A stretch of DNA of 59,430 nucleotides, counting the filler, from Sphacelaria rigidula (lineage: Eukaryota): assembly GCA_964200075.2 (NCBI GenBank). It is 4 parts of 4 records of this genome, joined end to end, with 100 filler letters (N's around TTAATTAATTAA, not from the genome) between each part and the next. Parts side by side here need not be neighbours in the genome. Positions count along the whole stretch, not along the records: positions 44,651 to 59,430 come from CAXNAA020002051.1; 3 more parts are not named here. One strand, given 5' to 3'. The stretch's first letter is position 1, and the number at the start of each line of letters is the position of its first letter. Below, piece by piece: positions 47,147-59,430 of the stretch. Both the position numbers and the translations under genes were made by a program. The notes under the pieces are model-generated. The model saw nothing but the letters and a program-made list of their open reading frames with translations. It was not told the origin of the DNA and made no database searches.

Positions 47147-50100
47147 ATGAGCTACTTGCTCATGTTGGCGGATCTCGACCGCCGACTCTTTGCACTGACC
47201 CGCGACGACTACCGTACGCCATACATTTGGCAGAAGCTTCTTCAGGACGTGGAGAGGCTGTTCAATGACAGTCACCCGGGTGTGGAGCGGGTGACACCGT
47301 GGTTCGGGCAACTTCTTGTCCGCACGCGAGGTGATGGCAACTGCTTTTTTGCTTCCTCCATGATATCCTGCGTCCTAGACGCGGCGATGGACCTTTCGAA
47401 AATGACGGCCTTGGTGGGCAAGGCTCAGGTCGTCAAGAAGACCGACGCCTATCGGGCACTGGGAGAGACGCCCCGATACCAGGTAACCCCCCGTAAAATA
47501 GAGCCGCTTTGGCTTTTGGAGCTGCGAGTATGGCCGACGTGTCAAATGGGTTACCTTCAGTTTCAGCAATCGATCGTCGTGTGAACCGCAAGTATTGCCT
47601 ATGACACGTGTCTGACGTCAGATAGAAAAGTCGGATGTGCGAAGTCCGTCTCTCAAAGTATCCATGAAGCATGCATTGGTTCCAGCGGAAGGTGACGATT
47701 GCTATTCGCATAGTGCCTCAACTTAGAATGATGTTGTGACCTCTGCTTTGCGCGACGGATGTGAAAACGGACCTACAGCAAATGTGCATTGCCCTGTACC
47801 ATGGTGGCCTTTAATCGGTAACGCGCGTCCATGTCTCGGTTATTATTGAGAGCTCTTCAACAAATTGAGGTGCAAAAAAGACCAGCGGTGAAATTGGTAT
47901 CCACTATTTAGGAAGCAAATGAAGAGAAGTTCAGCCATCAAGGAGTCGAGTGGTATGGTCGCTAACGGAGACAAGTTGTCCGTTTTCGCCCAACCATTGA
48001 GAGCAAGATAACAACAATATACCGGAGGTTGACCATGCAGAAAAGTAGAATCACTGAAGGAAAAGACGTGAGAAAAAGAGCAAACATTGAGAGTCTCATG
48101 ACGAGATCGGAGTTCCCTCAGAAAAGTTCAAAATCCGCTATTTTTCTCGGACACCAGTCAGAGCTATACACCAAGCGACGGCTCGAAATGATCGTACGGG
48201 CAACAGGAGCCGAGGGCAAAAAACAGAAGAAACAATACGAACGTCGTTTTCCATGTATCAATGAGCACTGCTGTACTGTAGCGCTTGGTGGTTTCTGCAA
48301 TCAAGTGCCCCGAAGAGTTGAAGATGCATTGCAGACACACATGTCGCACCTTCAGTACAACCCAAACAATTGTTGCGCATGCAGGGCCCTTGGTGAAAAC
48401 ATGAAAGACTTCAACGAATGAGTAGTTCATAATGTGAAGCCGTGTCCAACGGCTTCGCACCCCGCCGTGTGCACTGCACATCGCGCTTGCACCGATAGCA
48501 TCATCACGCCTGTGGTTTCCCAGGTCGTCGGTTGGTGAGAGACTGGCGTGAGGTAGTAGGTACCAAACCCAGACCACGGTAGTTGTGCAAACGTATCGTT
48601 ACTGGCATCTTGAGTGCCTTATTAAATACTTGGTGATGGAAATTTCCCCACACTGGCCTCCCCTAACTTTGTGTAACGCCTCGGCGTAGCCGCCCTTACC
48701 TCCACTTCTTGCCGTTTTTGCTTTGCCTTTTCGACCGTTCATGTACACCAAACATGTGGCCGGTTCGAAAAAGGCGGCTGTCGACAGCTTCCTGGAGTAC
48801 CTCGCCGGGTTGAAGAGGCAATTGCACAGCCACAACATGAGCCCAGGAGGCAGCGGCAAGGGCGACGCCATATTCGGCGTGTCTCTGGGCGCCACGTTTG
48901 TGATGGATCTGACGGCCAAGGGGGGCAGCCATGTGCTGCTGTACCGGGGGATGGTCCTCGTGGCCAGGATCCTGGATTTGGTGCATGCCCCCAAAGGCAC
49001 CCCGGAAGACTACGTGGTGAGCGCTACGGCCGGGGCTGTATTTGCCTGTCGAAGTGCGATAGTTTCGGGCGCTTTCCCTGAATTGTGTACACTATGTTCC
49101 TCTTTTCCATGCACATGCCGATTGTGTATTCTGCACCTCATGTATGGAGTACGAGTATGACACGTGCGTCACAAAACCCCGCGCTACAGTAGTGTGTTTT
49201 CCGGCATCGCTCTTTTCATTGCCGTGACGACGAGATCCGCTAAATAGCAGCACACCAAGCTCCTTCGTTCGTCACCTTTTATGCCTTCTGCTTTCCACCA
49301 CTGTTTTCCGTTGCTTCTTGATTTCATGCATCCCAGCTCTGCGCCTTTGCTTCTGGTACGTTTCAACACCATATGCATGCACACGCAAGAGAACACATCT
49401 CAATACACCAACACGACACTCTCCGCGGTATAGGGTAAGGAGATACGCTTATGACAAAACCCAAGCGGTCTGCACACTGTTAGAGTCTTCACCGAGTCAC
49501 CGGCCCTCTTTCTTGTTCCCACCTTGTTGTGTGCGGTAGAGTGCGCTGGCGAAGGTGAACACCAACGTGGACTTCGCCGAGTCCAACGCCGACAGGACGG
49601 CATTCCAGCTCCCGGCTATGAAGGTACTTGAGATGCCGTAGAATGAGCCAGTCGCGTTCACTTGTTCATGTTGAGAGTGCGAGCAGCACAACTCGGATCC
49701 TGCAATTCGAAGCTCCTATTGGAACGCCTCCGTACACCATACTACGTGCGATTATGGTCGGATACCGGCGACCATCACCAGTCTCGGACACGTGAGCCAC
49801 ACCCACCCTGTGAAACACAGGATCTAATGGGTAACAAGGGCTCACGGCTGTTACCTCATCACTCATGACATGTCTTTTCTCTTGTTCAGGGAATATCCCT
49901 TGACGTTGTACTCTACTGTGTTGGGAACTTCCCGGTAGTGGGCACTAGGAAACAGACGAGCGAGCCCAAGACCCGGTGTGACTAGATGGTACTTGAAACT
50001 TCATCACGCCCACGGGGAGCAGGCAAGCAAGTCTGACACTCTCTCGTCCTGGCGAGCTTACCAGGTCCCCCGACTCATCACGCACATCACACACGAGATA

Positions 50101-52244
50101 AAGACAGGATAGGGCACCCTGCATTTGTGAAAAGACAAGTTATGTGCAGGCTAACCAGGCCAGAAAGCATGGCCTTCAATGTAACACGGGGATCACCTTT
50201 GATGTCAGCCCGTCAGCCCCTGGCAGACCGGGAGGACAGCCGGTGCTTGCGGGTTGTCTGGAGGGTGTTTTGATTTCTCTCTGATGATCACTTTCCGGCG
50301 GAAAATATTCCGTATTCTCAAATTGGGTCGAATCACCCATGCCTCTACGTTGTAAAGATCGTACTTTCCGCATCAAGCCTACCTGCACGCTCCCTGTGTT
50401 TCCGTTCGAATTATGTGCGGAATTCACAACACATGTTGGCTCGTAGCGTTGTCTTCAATCGGCAGCGCGCCGGTGTACCGCCGGTGCCACCAAAACAAGC
50501 ACGAAACCTTCAGAAACTAACGACAATGGTTTCGTGAGATTGAACGCCTACAGTTGAGTGAGAGTGAGCTCTGATATTCGCTCTGACTTGACCAGTTTTT
50601 CATTATGTGTGTGCTTTTCTCTGCATGCAACACTGTCGTGTGGTTACAGCTACACGTCGATATCCTACTACTCAGGGATATGAAAGGCTTGAGTCGCAAG
50701 TTGCTGCAGAAAGCATATCAGGCCTTGTTAACGGCCCGTAGGGTCATTTCGGAACTGACACTATTTCATTCATAAACTGACCGCTTTTCACTCTTAGCTG
50801 TACCGTAGACTGTTGCCAATCTCACGAAAATACTGTTGAACGTCGTTCCTTGATACTCTGGCATCTCTTTCTCTCATGACTTTGTGTTTCTCCTTCCGTC
50901 CCAAAAGGCTTCAAGCCACAACCTATCCCAAACTGAGACCGAGAACTCCAACGCAGACCTTGTTTGACCCTGCGACTTCATCGTTGGTCCCTTCTTTCTC
51001 GCTCCACGCAACACCCCAATCTGCAGCCCGGTCACGGCCTAGGCATGACCGTGGGGTTGCTCATGGAGCGATACCTCCCACCCAGCACCCAACAGGGGCG
51101 ACGTGTGGCGATGCGCAACGTGGAGGTGAGCGGTGGAGTCGGCGAAAAAAGCGAAACAGTTGCCTGAATGATACTCCCGATCGATAGCATGAGTTGCAAT
51201 TGTTCGTGCTGGTGCCGTCGGGTCGGACATGATCGCGCGCGATGTTGTCAGCAGTGAACTACTTGAATGTTCAGCAACTCAAGTGGCTCTGTTTCTATTT
51301 GCGCTGAACTTCCGTTCCGTGGCAATCGTGGCGCGGTTCAAGTCGTTTCCTATGAATTTCCCCAGCGGGAGCGGTGTGACGGCGATTCCTCAGCATAAAC
51401 GGCATGCTTTTCTGTACCAGGTGGACTACTCCACAGTGCTCACCACGTGGTAAAACAACCACCGAAGTATGATAGGTCTCACACCCCCCGCTTTAGTGCA
51501 CGCTGTCACGACAAACTCCCTATGGTGCTGCTAAGCGTGCGGGTGATGCTGATTTGTCGAGAAGTGAACCGAGGTCGTTCGGTAGAAGTATCGAGGGTCG
51601 AGCTTCGAACGTTTGGCGTAGGCAGCGTTCGAGAATAGATTCGGGTTTCCGTCGTAGAGCGCCCGCCTTGAGGGCATACACTTTTTTCGGAATTATCAGT
51701 TGCGGCTATGCCGGTCCCACTGCGAGTTGTGGCTGAGATTGTATTTAAAATGCACTGCTGTCATGAAGGAGTCCATGCCGACGACAAGCCACGATCGACA
51801 AGTATAGAAGGGGCAAAACTCTCCACCGTGAAGTTCGGAATTTCCCCTCATGGCGTGATGCGTACAACGGCCTAAGCCGCCTCGCCCGTACTGTGCGTTT
51901 CATTGTCCTCAATGTGTTTTGTGGTGTGCGCACATATGGAACGTAAGGACGCATCCACAAGTTTTTTCGAAGATGACCGGACGAAAACGCCGGTGGCATC
52001 CGGCATCAAACTCCGACGAGGCGAGTTGCAGCACTTTGACGTCGTCTTGCCGGCCGACAGTGCTCTCGGCACGAAGTTGGCCGAGATGTTCGGAATCGAC
52101 GTGTCGTCGAGCAACCACCTGGACCATCTGGAAGCCCTCCGCCTGGAGAGAGCGTCGCAGGAACAGATGTCGACTGCTGACGTGCTCATCTGCGAGGCTG
52201 CAGCTGACACTGAGCTAGAGCAGCAGAAGTGGCTGTTGGCAAAC
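47147..52244 (+). pseudogene. OTU/otubain-like cysteine protease gene, probably degenerate. Exons ~47147-47482, 48774-49016, 49540-49623, 49890-49934, ~51936-52244.
   Basis: Cys box VRTRGDGNCFF and His box IKLRRGELQHFDVVLP. Phase-0 GT-AG joins for the first four exons. In-frame stops upstream of 47147 and no clean acceptor near 51935. Confidence 0.65.
50522..50837. mobile_element. MITE with (A/G)AC..GTT termini
   Basis: gacaatggtttcgtgagattg ... caatctcacgaaaatactgtt, flanks taac/gaac. Inverted homologue of 57515-57811. Confidence 0.7.
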
Positions 52245-53118
52245 GTGAGTTCTGTCTATGTTGAGATAGAGTTCGCCGGTGTGTCGGACTTGCACCCTAG
52301 TGTACACGACGGCGAGCACGTCTTTGCTTGCTGCGCAGGGTGACATGTCAACGGCCGATGTACTGAGGGGCGAAGCTACGCCGACACCGACGTCCGGCAC
52401 GAGGAGCGGCTGCTGGTACAAGTAGACGCGAGTAATGTGCATGTCGTGAGAGTCATGCTTCGATAGACTGGTGGGGGGGTATTTGGTGTCATTTCTTGCT
52501 CGAAATTCCACTTCAAATCGTTGTTGAGAGCAGTAACGGTTATTCGAACGCGCTGGTTACCGTTGAATAACGCTCATTCATATTGCTTGACACTGTTTTT
52601 ACCCAGGTACAAGCGCACCGCGAGTATGTTAGGTCGTCTGACACACCAATGAGCTTACTTATTCGTGAAATCAAACTCGCCCACCCCACCACACCCCACC
52701 CCACCCGATCGTAGCATGACTCGTGATATATTTGGCCGGTTTCTCGAACTTGTACCGCGGGATAGTGATGTGACGGTTAAAAACGGCTTTGCTTGCTGTC
52801 CAGGTTGAGATTTCGGTCGCGGACGCCCCAAACTGCGACGCAGAGGTTAGCACGGATGTAGAGGAAGGAGCAAGAGCGGCTGCTTGCAGATGTGACTCGC
52901 GTGAATGTCGTGGTAGATGCCTCCGGTGCGTCGAATGGACGCCTTGGTGTGAGCCGTGTTGCGGCGACTGGCACCAGGGCGTACGTTCGACGCACCGGGG
53001 GCATCTACCGCGACATTCACGCGACTTACATCTGCCAGCAGCCGCTCTTACTCCTGCAAATCCGTGTCAACCGCTGCGTCGCGGCTCACCGTGTCCGCGA
53101 CCGACATCTCATCTGCTT
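52160..53118. repeat. Four copies of a ~28-codon exon-like unit (three forward, one inverted)
   Basis: EQMSTADVLICEAAADTELEQQKWLLAN|gtgagt. Homologues at 52339-52421 and 52804-52891, and on the minus strand at ~53030-53115 (EMSVADTVSRDAAVDTDLQE*ERLLAD|gtaagt). Confidence 0.75.
52450..52722. mobile_element. Sola-like MITE
   Basis: TIRs gagtcatgcttcgat / atcgtagcatgactc. Perfect GTGA TSD. Confidence 0.85.
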
Positions 53119-53208
53119 GGCTCACGACTGACTGCACTATAGTGGTCGACCACCTCATGAGCATACCGCTCGCCGGCGATGAGCAGCAGGGATGGGAGAC
53201 ATACATCA

Positions 53209-53423
53209 TGTGTTGACTTTTCATTACTTTTTTTGTCACGACTTAGTCTGCTATGTCGTTCCGTTCGACCACTCTCTCTTTTTTCTTTTTCTGTTCCATT
53301 TTTTTCTTAGAGCGTGTTTGAGTTTCGTTTCTCTTGGGTACGTCTATCATGAGACCACGGCTGGACCCCGGGGGGGTCAGTTGAAGTGCGGCAATCAAAT
53401 CAAATCAAATCAGATCAAATCAA
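53209..53423 (+). mobile_element. 5'-truncated LINE 3' UTR with (TCAAA)n tail
   Basis: Homologous to 8430-8640. acatca TSD (53203-53208 and 53424-53429). Confidence 0.8.
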
Positions 53424-53557
53424 ACATCAGATACACCTCGGTGGTACCGCGTTTGTTCCACCGCTTGGCTGAACTACCGCGGTTCCCCAAGACAGTCCCT
53501 CGAATATGTATACCTGTGCAGGCCTTGGCCATATTGCAGGGGATATATCGTCAAATG

Positions 53558-53639
53558 TTTGGCAGGAGATCAATCCGACAATAGGCACATAAAAACTATT
53601 TGGCAGGAGATCAATCCGACAATAGGCACATAAAAACTA
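53558..53639. repeat. Perfect 41-bp tandem duplication
   Basis: tttggcaggagatcaatccgacaataggcacataaaaacta occurs twice. Confidence 0.9.
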
Positions 53640-56089
53640 TTACGAACGAAACTCTACACCACAAGCCGCTGGTAGAACGGCCTCACGACCAAATGTTCAC
53701 AGCGTAGATGCACAGCCGACGGGATGATACTCGGAAGCTGACTTGCAGCACCATTCGAACCAGGCTTTACATTATGTCGAAATATTTACTTATCCCTTCA
53801 CAGTACTATGTCAGAGCCGTAGGTTCACCACCAGGTATTGTGTGGCCTGTTGCATAGCAACTGAAGTCCAATAGCTGTACAACCAGCTACTGTCTATCTT
53901 CCATTTGAATCAGGTACCCATTCTCGCGCATGTTGTGTCGTTGGAGCTCTCAGCTCTGAGTGGATTCTCTGAGCTCTCACTGAAAGCGCTCTGAAAGAGA
54001 GCCCGACCAAGTAGATCCTGGCACGAACCATTACATGGCAGTGCTCGTTGACCTGCACTCATCGTCCGTCCGCTTTGCAGAGGGTACAGGTTATACTAAA
54101 CGAGGTTTATCGGTGCATCAAACTTTCAGTTTCGATATGTGATCTACGTAGTTATGATAGCAGGAGGTGCGCCCAAACTGTCCACATCAAGTTGGCGCTT
54201 TTCAGCTTCCTTCGTTTTGTCGTGGTGACCCACTTGTTTTTCATGGCGTGTGCCCTGCTGTGTTCATCACCAACTTATCCAAACGACCGCCAACCCGACC
54301 CCCCCTATGTCGTGGTATGTCTGCACGTGCTTTTCGGTCTTGCGCTCGAAACCTGCCGTGCCTTCATGTCCAGATTGAGCGAAGGAACGAGGAAACTCGT
54401 CTGTCGATGGCTTTTATCGCTGCCCTGTCCGCGGTGGGGGAGGGGTGTGGGGAGAGGGGAGGTAACCCATGTGTCTCGCGCCTCTGCCGTTGAACTAGCA
54501 GCCACGCGTCTTCGAGAGGTAGACGCGTTGTTTTGAAGGCAGCGATCACTGCCTGTCGTTGGTCATCACTCTTCGAGGAGGTGCAGCCGTTGCATGTCGT
54601 CTACAGCAATAACCCGGACCTCACGGAGGAAAGGGGAGGCTGGGGGACGAGGTGCTGTACAAAACCGAATCATATTTCGCCGAGTTAGAGTTTGGCGCTA
54701 GCGCTCCGGTAATATGTGGTATTAGTGTGTGAAGTAGCTGTTCATCCACATCTTGAGCCTTTTCGAAGCAAAAATTGTAAAAGGGCGGTCGTAGCGAAGC
54801 GGGGATTCAGTGACTCTTCGTCACTTTCTCTCCTGTTTCACAGGTACGAGCCGGGGGCTGGGCTTTCGAGGGGCGGGGGTGCATCTCAAGGTAGCGCCGT
54901 ACCAGTGGATGCGTGATATTTGTGCTTGTGCAAAATGTAAAGGGGAGGGGGGCTGGTGTAATCTCCTAGCTGGCGTCTCGAAATAGGTGAAGGCCGTGAG
55001 ATACTGAAAGACATTCGGCATCTCGTAGTCACGCTTTAAGTCGATCACGACCGTGATGCTTGGTGCAGTTCGGTGGCGGGGAATGATTTCGTCGTGACCG
55101 AAATCTGAGGCAAAGCTGTGGGTGCTTCGAATTGTATACACTCGGACGAAGCATTTTGGCGTAGGCTCAGCCATGCTGCATCAAAATACTCGGAGATATA
55201 TGGCGAGCGCTCCATGTATTAGACACGTGGCCGAAGGCGGCAATCTCGGAAGGCGTCGTCGCCAGTATCGCTTGTTCTGTACATGTGCGTTGAAATGAAT
55301 CACCCTTCTGTGGTGGATCTTGCGTCATGTGCAAGGGTATGTGTGCTTTGCTTCTTTTCCACTTCCTACCCCGTGTTTCCTTGTGCCATATCAAGGAAGA
55401 GGACTGCAAAGGTCAACCTTTCACCGCGCGTGATACTCGCGAACGTGCACACCGGCAAGTACCCACTTGTTTCGCGGTGCGAGGTTATTTCTCTGCAAAA
55501 GGCAACACTGCCATTGTCTCCGTCTTGATTTCTTTCGACGGCAGCGGGTACATACATGTGTCCCCCACATGCCAATCTCTCTCGACTACTCCCCAACCCG
55601 GTTATTCTGCTTCCGCCGTTGACGAGGTTTATTGGACGAATCGGCAGCACCCCGCCATGAATGCGAAAGCAAGGCCTCTTTTACATCAGGCGCTGCTCGA
55701 ACTTTGACACAGCAGGCGGTTAGGACTGGTTGTGAGCCTTCTCGTCCGTTACCCCGCTACCTGCGGCCACGCGAGACGCGAAAACGTAACCCAACGCCCT
55801 TGCCTACCCCTGCATGCTATGTCAGTACCCCAAAAGAGTACTGCATCGCCGGTGCTGTATAGCCCCAAGTACGCGTGGGCTGGACACCTGATCCAGCATT
55901 GAAGATGGGATAATGCTGCTTGAAACACGGCGCGCTGCACACGCTCTTTTTCTCTTCTTTTGTTCGCCGTTTTCTCTACTCCTAGCCTTCCTCGGGACCG
56001 AGTCCGTAATCTCAAGAGTTTAAGCGATGTCTCGGTCGGCACAGTGCCTTGCATGGTTTGTTTTTGGTCTTGTAGGATTTGATGAGAGC

Positions 56090-56255
56090 CCCCACATCAT
56101 GTCCACTCTCGTCGAACCGTCTTTAGTGATTCCGCCGTCATGCTTTGAACGGCGGGAATCAGAGTCTTCTCCGAAAGAGCGTATGCATCGGGACTCGAAT
56201 TCACAACCTTCCGCCCTAACTCGACGTTGTTGTACAACTCAGGCCACCGGAGCAC
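56090..56255 (-). mobile_element. tRNA-derived SINE-like fragment
   Basis: Minus strand ccggtggcctgagttg (A box-like) and gaattcgagtccc (B box-like). No intact cloverleaf. Confidence 0.45.
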
Positions 56256-57212
56256 GATAGCACCGTAAGCGGCAAAGCTCAACACTTGATACGCTCGAAT
56301 GCTTGCTTGCAATGCTTCCGACGTGGGGGATAACGTGAAGTCGGAATGAGACTGACAGCTGTAGTATGGTCTAACTTCGAGTACGGCGTGTCTCCTGGCA
56401 CGAAGACGCCTAAACATTGCTCGTGAGCATGAGGAAATCGCTTAGGAGTAGTTTGTGCGACCCCCAAGGCCTGAAAGCGTAGTACATGTCGATCCTGGGC
56501 TTAGGTATAGCCACGCATATTTTTCGTGTCGATATACGTACAACCATGGGGGCAGGCGTGCCGCATTCCCGGGTTGGAGCAGGTGTGAAGCGCGGGAGTA
56601 CACTTCGGGCGGGCCCGAGTTTGGTCATTTTCATCGGTCCTTGATTCTCTCCCCAGAAGAGAACTGGAGGTGTCTAACGCGAGTGTCGTTCAAAGCCTCG
56701 ACTCAACTTTCACCTGCTGGTTCCTCTTCAAAATCTTGAAGCAATCCATGAATCGAGTCAGAACAGCGGAAGATACCGGACAAACCCTGCGTAGTAGGAC
56801 CGCGTAGTTCACCAATTGCTTTCTCCCATACGGCGTTGTAGTAGAGCAGAGGGAGTGGTTCACCCCTGGTCGGTGATGATGTGTTCTTTGGGTCGCAATC
56901 CGTCATTAGACGGTGATATTCGCGGGGCAGCGGAGGTTAACCGTCCGTTTCCCCAGAGGGAAGTGACAACAAAGGGGAGTAAGTAGCATGCCAAGCAGCA
57001 TTAGCTTCCATGTTTCCGAATGCGGTAGCAGTACGGAGATGACAGGGTGGGTGAAATCGCCGCTCTGCCGAACCACCTAGTAGTGTAGGTAGGCAGTACA
57101 CGGGCGTGAAAAATAGAACATATGAATTTCGCCGTGTAACTTTCACTTTTCAGCTCATGCAAACGCTATCCGAATACTCGCAGTAATAATTATAGTTATC
57201 GAGCCCATGCGA

Positions 57213-57500
57213 CCGGTCGCCCCGGTGGCTCGGCTGGTAACCTCGAAGCATTCTGACGGTTGGGTCGTGGTTTCAACTCTCGGAGCGATCTGGGATTTTT
57301 TCTCACACCATACCCAACAGTGGAGAGCGACTATGTCGTGAGTACACAAAATTCGACTCAACGGTCGACGAGGGAAAGGTACTGCTGAACCCCTCTCGCG
57401 ATAAAAAATTTAGACAAGCACCGCAAAAGGAAGGTGGGGTACTAAAAACAATGAAAAGTGAAAAAGCTGCTGTGTTGACCCTCCTTTGTGACCCCGGCTG
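57213..57500 (+). mobile_element. tRNA-derived SINE-like element
   Basis: ccggtggctcggctgg (A box-like, 57226-57237) and gtttcaactct (B box-like, 57270-57280). Confidence 0.45.
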
Positions 57501-57514
57501 ATGCGCCCACATAT

Positions 57515-57811
57515 AACAATGTTTTCGTGAGATTGAGAATAGAGGATACGATTGAGAGTAAAAAGCCGTCAATTAGTGAATAAATCGTTTTAGTTCCGAA
57601 ATGCTCCCGAAGGACGCCCGACATGCCTTCTGTAGTAGCTTGCCACTGGCCCTCAATATCCCTGAGTAGGATATCGACGTGTAGCTTTAGGCAAACGCTA
57701 GAGATGGAGGCAAAGAGAACTACACACGGAATGAAACATTGGCTAATTGAAGCGAACGATCAAAGGCACTCTCAATCAGCGCTCTACTCTCAATCTCACG
57801 AATACGTTGTT
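57515..57811. mobile_element. MITE with AAC..GTT termini
   Basis: aacaatgttttcgtgagattgaga ... tctcaatctcacgaatacgttgtt, flanks atat/attt. Confidence 0.75.
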
Positions 57812-58208
57812 ATTTACCGGAAGGTGTAGACAGGCGTCCAGAATAGATGGGACGACAACACAACACACATGCGTACACACCTCGCCCCGCTGGTGTCATG
57901 GTTCAGCTGACACCATTAGGGTGGGGGAAACGCGGGTTTGACTTCCCTCCAGGTGCACCTAGTTTGTCGGTTTTTGTATCAGAAGCATTTATTTCCGTTG
58001 TGAAGACGTGACGGACGTGAGTAGGAGAAGTAGTCTGTTCGGCTGAGCGTGTTAGACGATAGTCGACGCGGTGCGGGAGTGCTGATCTAACCCGCGATAC
58101 CGTACTGAACGGCGTGTACCAGGCGAGACATGAGTTGGTTGCAGCCTTAAAACCACGGGCTCGTCCGGAGGAAGGGAAGGTATAACTAGTAGGATTAGAA
58201 GTAATGGG

Positions 58209-58720
58209 TTGTCGCACTTCAACTGACCCCCCAGGGATTCAGCCGTGGTCACATGATAGACGTACCCGAGGCGAAACAAAACTGAAACACTCGCTGAAGA
58301 AAAACAAGGAACACAGAAAGTCGAACATAACGACATAGTAGGCTAAGACGTGAAAAAAACAAAAACAATTCAAAGCAAAGACGCACAGTAAGAAATGGCT
58401 GATCAAAAAACAAAAACGGAAAATACGAATAAGCCCTGGGGATGCAGGTCAGCGGAGTAGATACCGACACACACCAGCGGGTACCGCAGAGCCACCGACT
58501 AAGGACATGATCAACAACCGGTATGGGCAGACACGATTCTTCGATTGGCAGCCCTCGACGCAACAGCCTCTCGTTTGTGACGGCGACCTGATTTTCGTTT
58601 GTCCGCGCATCGCCACTTGTCCTCAAAGCCGTCCGCCCCTTTTTCGACTCTAATATGCCATTTGCTCATCTTCTTCGCCGCAGTGACCCAACCGTACGTA
58701 TCGTTAACCTCTACACCGTA
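58209..58720 (-). mobile_element. LINE 3' end (decayed ORF C-terminus plus 3' UTR)
   Basis: GWVTAAKKMSKWHIRVEKGADGFEDKW followed by the same 3' UTR seen at 8450-8632 and 53236-53392. Confidence 0.7.
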
Positions 58721-59200
58721 GACAAACCATTCCCGTTGCGTTGAATGAAAAATAAAAACTGCACCACCCAAATTAATATCAGTGCAGTCGACTTGAACAC
58801 AATGTTCGAGAGATAATATGGTGAGCAAAATTAAGTATGTATATGATGCAAAACGGTCACCGATGATGAGCCCAACATTCGATCTATAACCACACCATGC
58901 CAACGGGACACCGCCGTAAGAAATTATTACTCTCAAATCAACCTCGGGGGGGAGAGCAAGGAGGCGGATACTAGGCATCCTTCCGCTGATGACCGCCTTG
59001 GTACCAACCCTATATACAGATCAAAACCTATCAGCGGGGGTTGTTGTTCAGGGGGCGGTATACCCCGTACCGGGTTACAGTCTCCAGTGGGTCTCCACGC
59101 ACACAAGCTGATGAGAGATCTCCGATTGACGTCAACTTTGGCGACTGCACTCATGACAGACTCGCGCTGTTTTAACGAGGATCGGATGAGCACTCCCAAG

Positions 59201-59400
59201 AACATCCGATTATCCAGTTTGAGGATGGAGCTTTTCAGTGAAGATGGTGACCCGGAAAATTAAAAAAGTCGCATCCACACTAATTCTTCGAGATATGGCT
59301 TCATTCCTTCATCTGCTGGTAGCTATTGACAACTACTGAACGCCATCAAAAATTGGATTCCGATGACCGAAATTTGGGTTGCCTAGGTGAAAACAGCCAA
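59201..59400. mobile_element. Diverged left arm of the 41194-41726 TIR family
   Basis: tagctattgacaact...ttggatt....cgaaat.tggg...cctaggtgaaaa is shared with 41312-41386. Confidence 0.7.
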
Positions 59401-59430
59401 TCATCTATGTTGAGGATGGTGCTTTTGATT

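Noticed and set aside
17197-52244. Apparent cluster of ubiquitin-system genes (Ufd2-like and OTU-like) around the MTase-like gene
   Set aside because: They lie on different contigs joined artificially.
53558-53639. 41-bp perfect duplication as a functional element
   Set aside because: Two copies only; slippage or an assembly artefact is sufficient.
54000-56060. Short ORFs as possible exons
   Set aside because: No recognisable motif or consistent splice chain found.
56160-57290. Functional tRNA genes
   Set aside because: Only degenerate A and B boxes, with no complete cloverleaf; treated as SINE-like.

Overview
Eukaryotic, repeat-rich genomic DNA. The long GT-AG introns and repeat types are most consistent with a brown alga or other stramenopile (inference). 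The window is four unrelated ~14.78-kb contigs (1-14787, 14888-29670, 29771-44550, 44651-59430) joined by artificial 100-nt N44-TTAATTAATTAA-N44 linkers, so nothing should be inferred across the joins. Contig 1 holds a decayed Ty3/Gypsy retrotransposon (gag, PR, RT, RH, IN, chromodomain) and a second gag-like element. Contig 2 holds a ten-exon, phase-consistent Ufd2/UBE4-core gene in which no U-box is visible and a BIRC6-type pre-UBC motif appears instead. Contig 3 holds a degenerate spliced gene that reads as PHD finger + beta-class N4/N6 DNA amino-methyltransferase-like domain + SET-like domain (the best novelty candidate), followed by a decayed intron-containing hAT transposase. Contig 4 holds a degenerate otubain/OTU-like gene followed by repeated ~28-codon exons, one of them inverted. 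Across all contigs there are GAG..CTC MITEs with 4-bp TSDs (Sola-like), AAC..GTT TIR elements, a Stowaway-like MITE, tRNA-derived SINE-like pieces, a LINE with a (TCAAA)n tail, and a LINE family inserted at poly-C tracts with no poly-A tail. All domain calls were made by eye from motifs; no searches were run.
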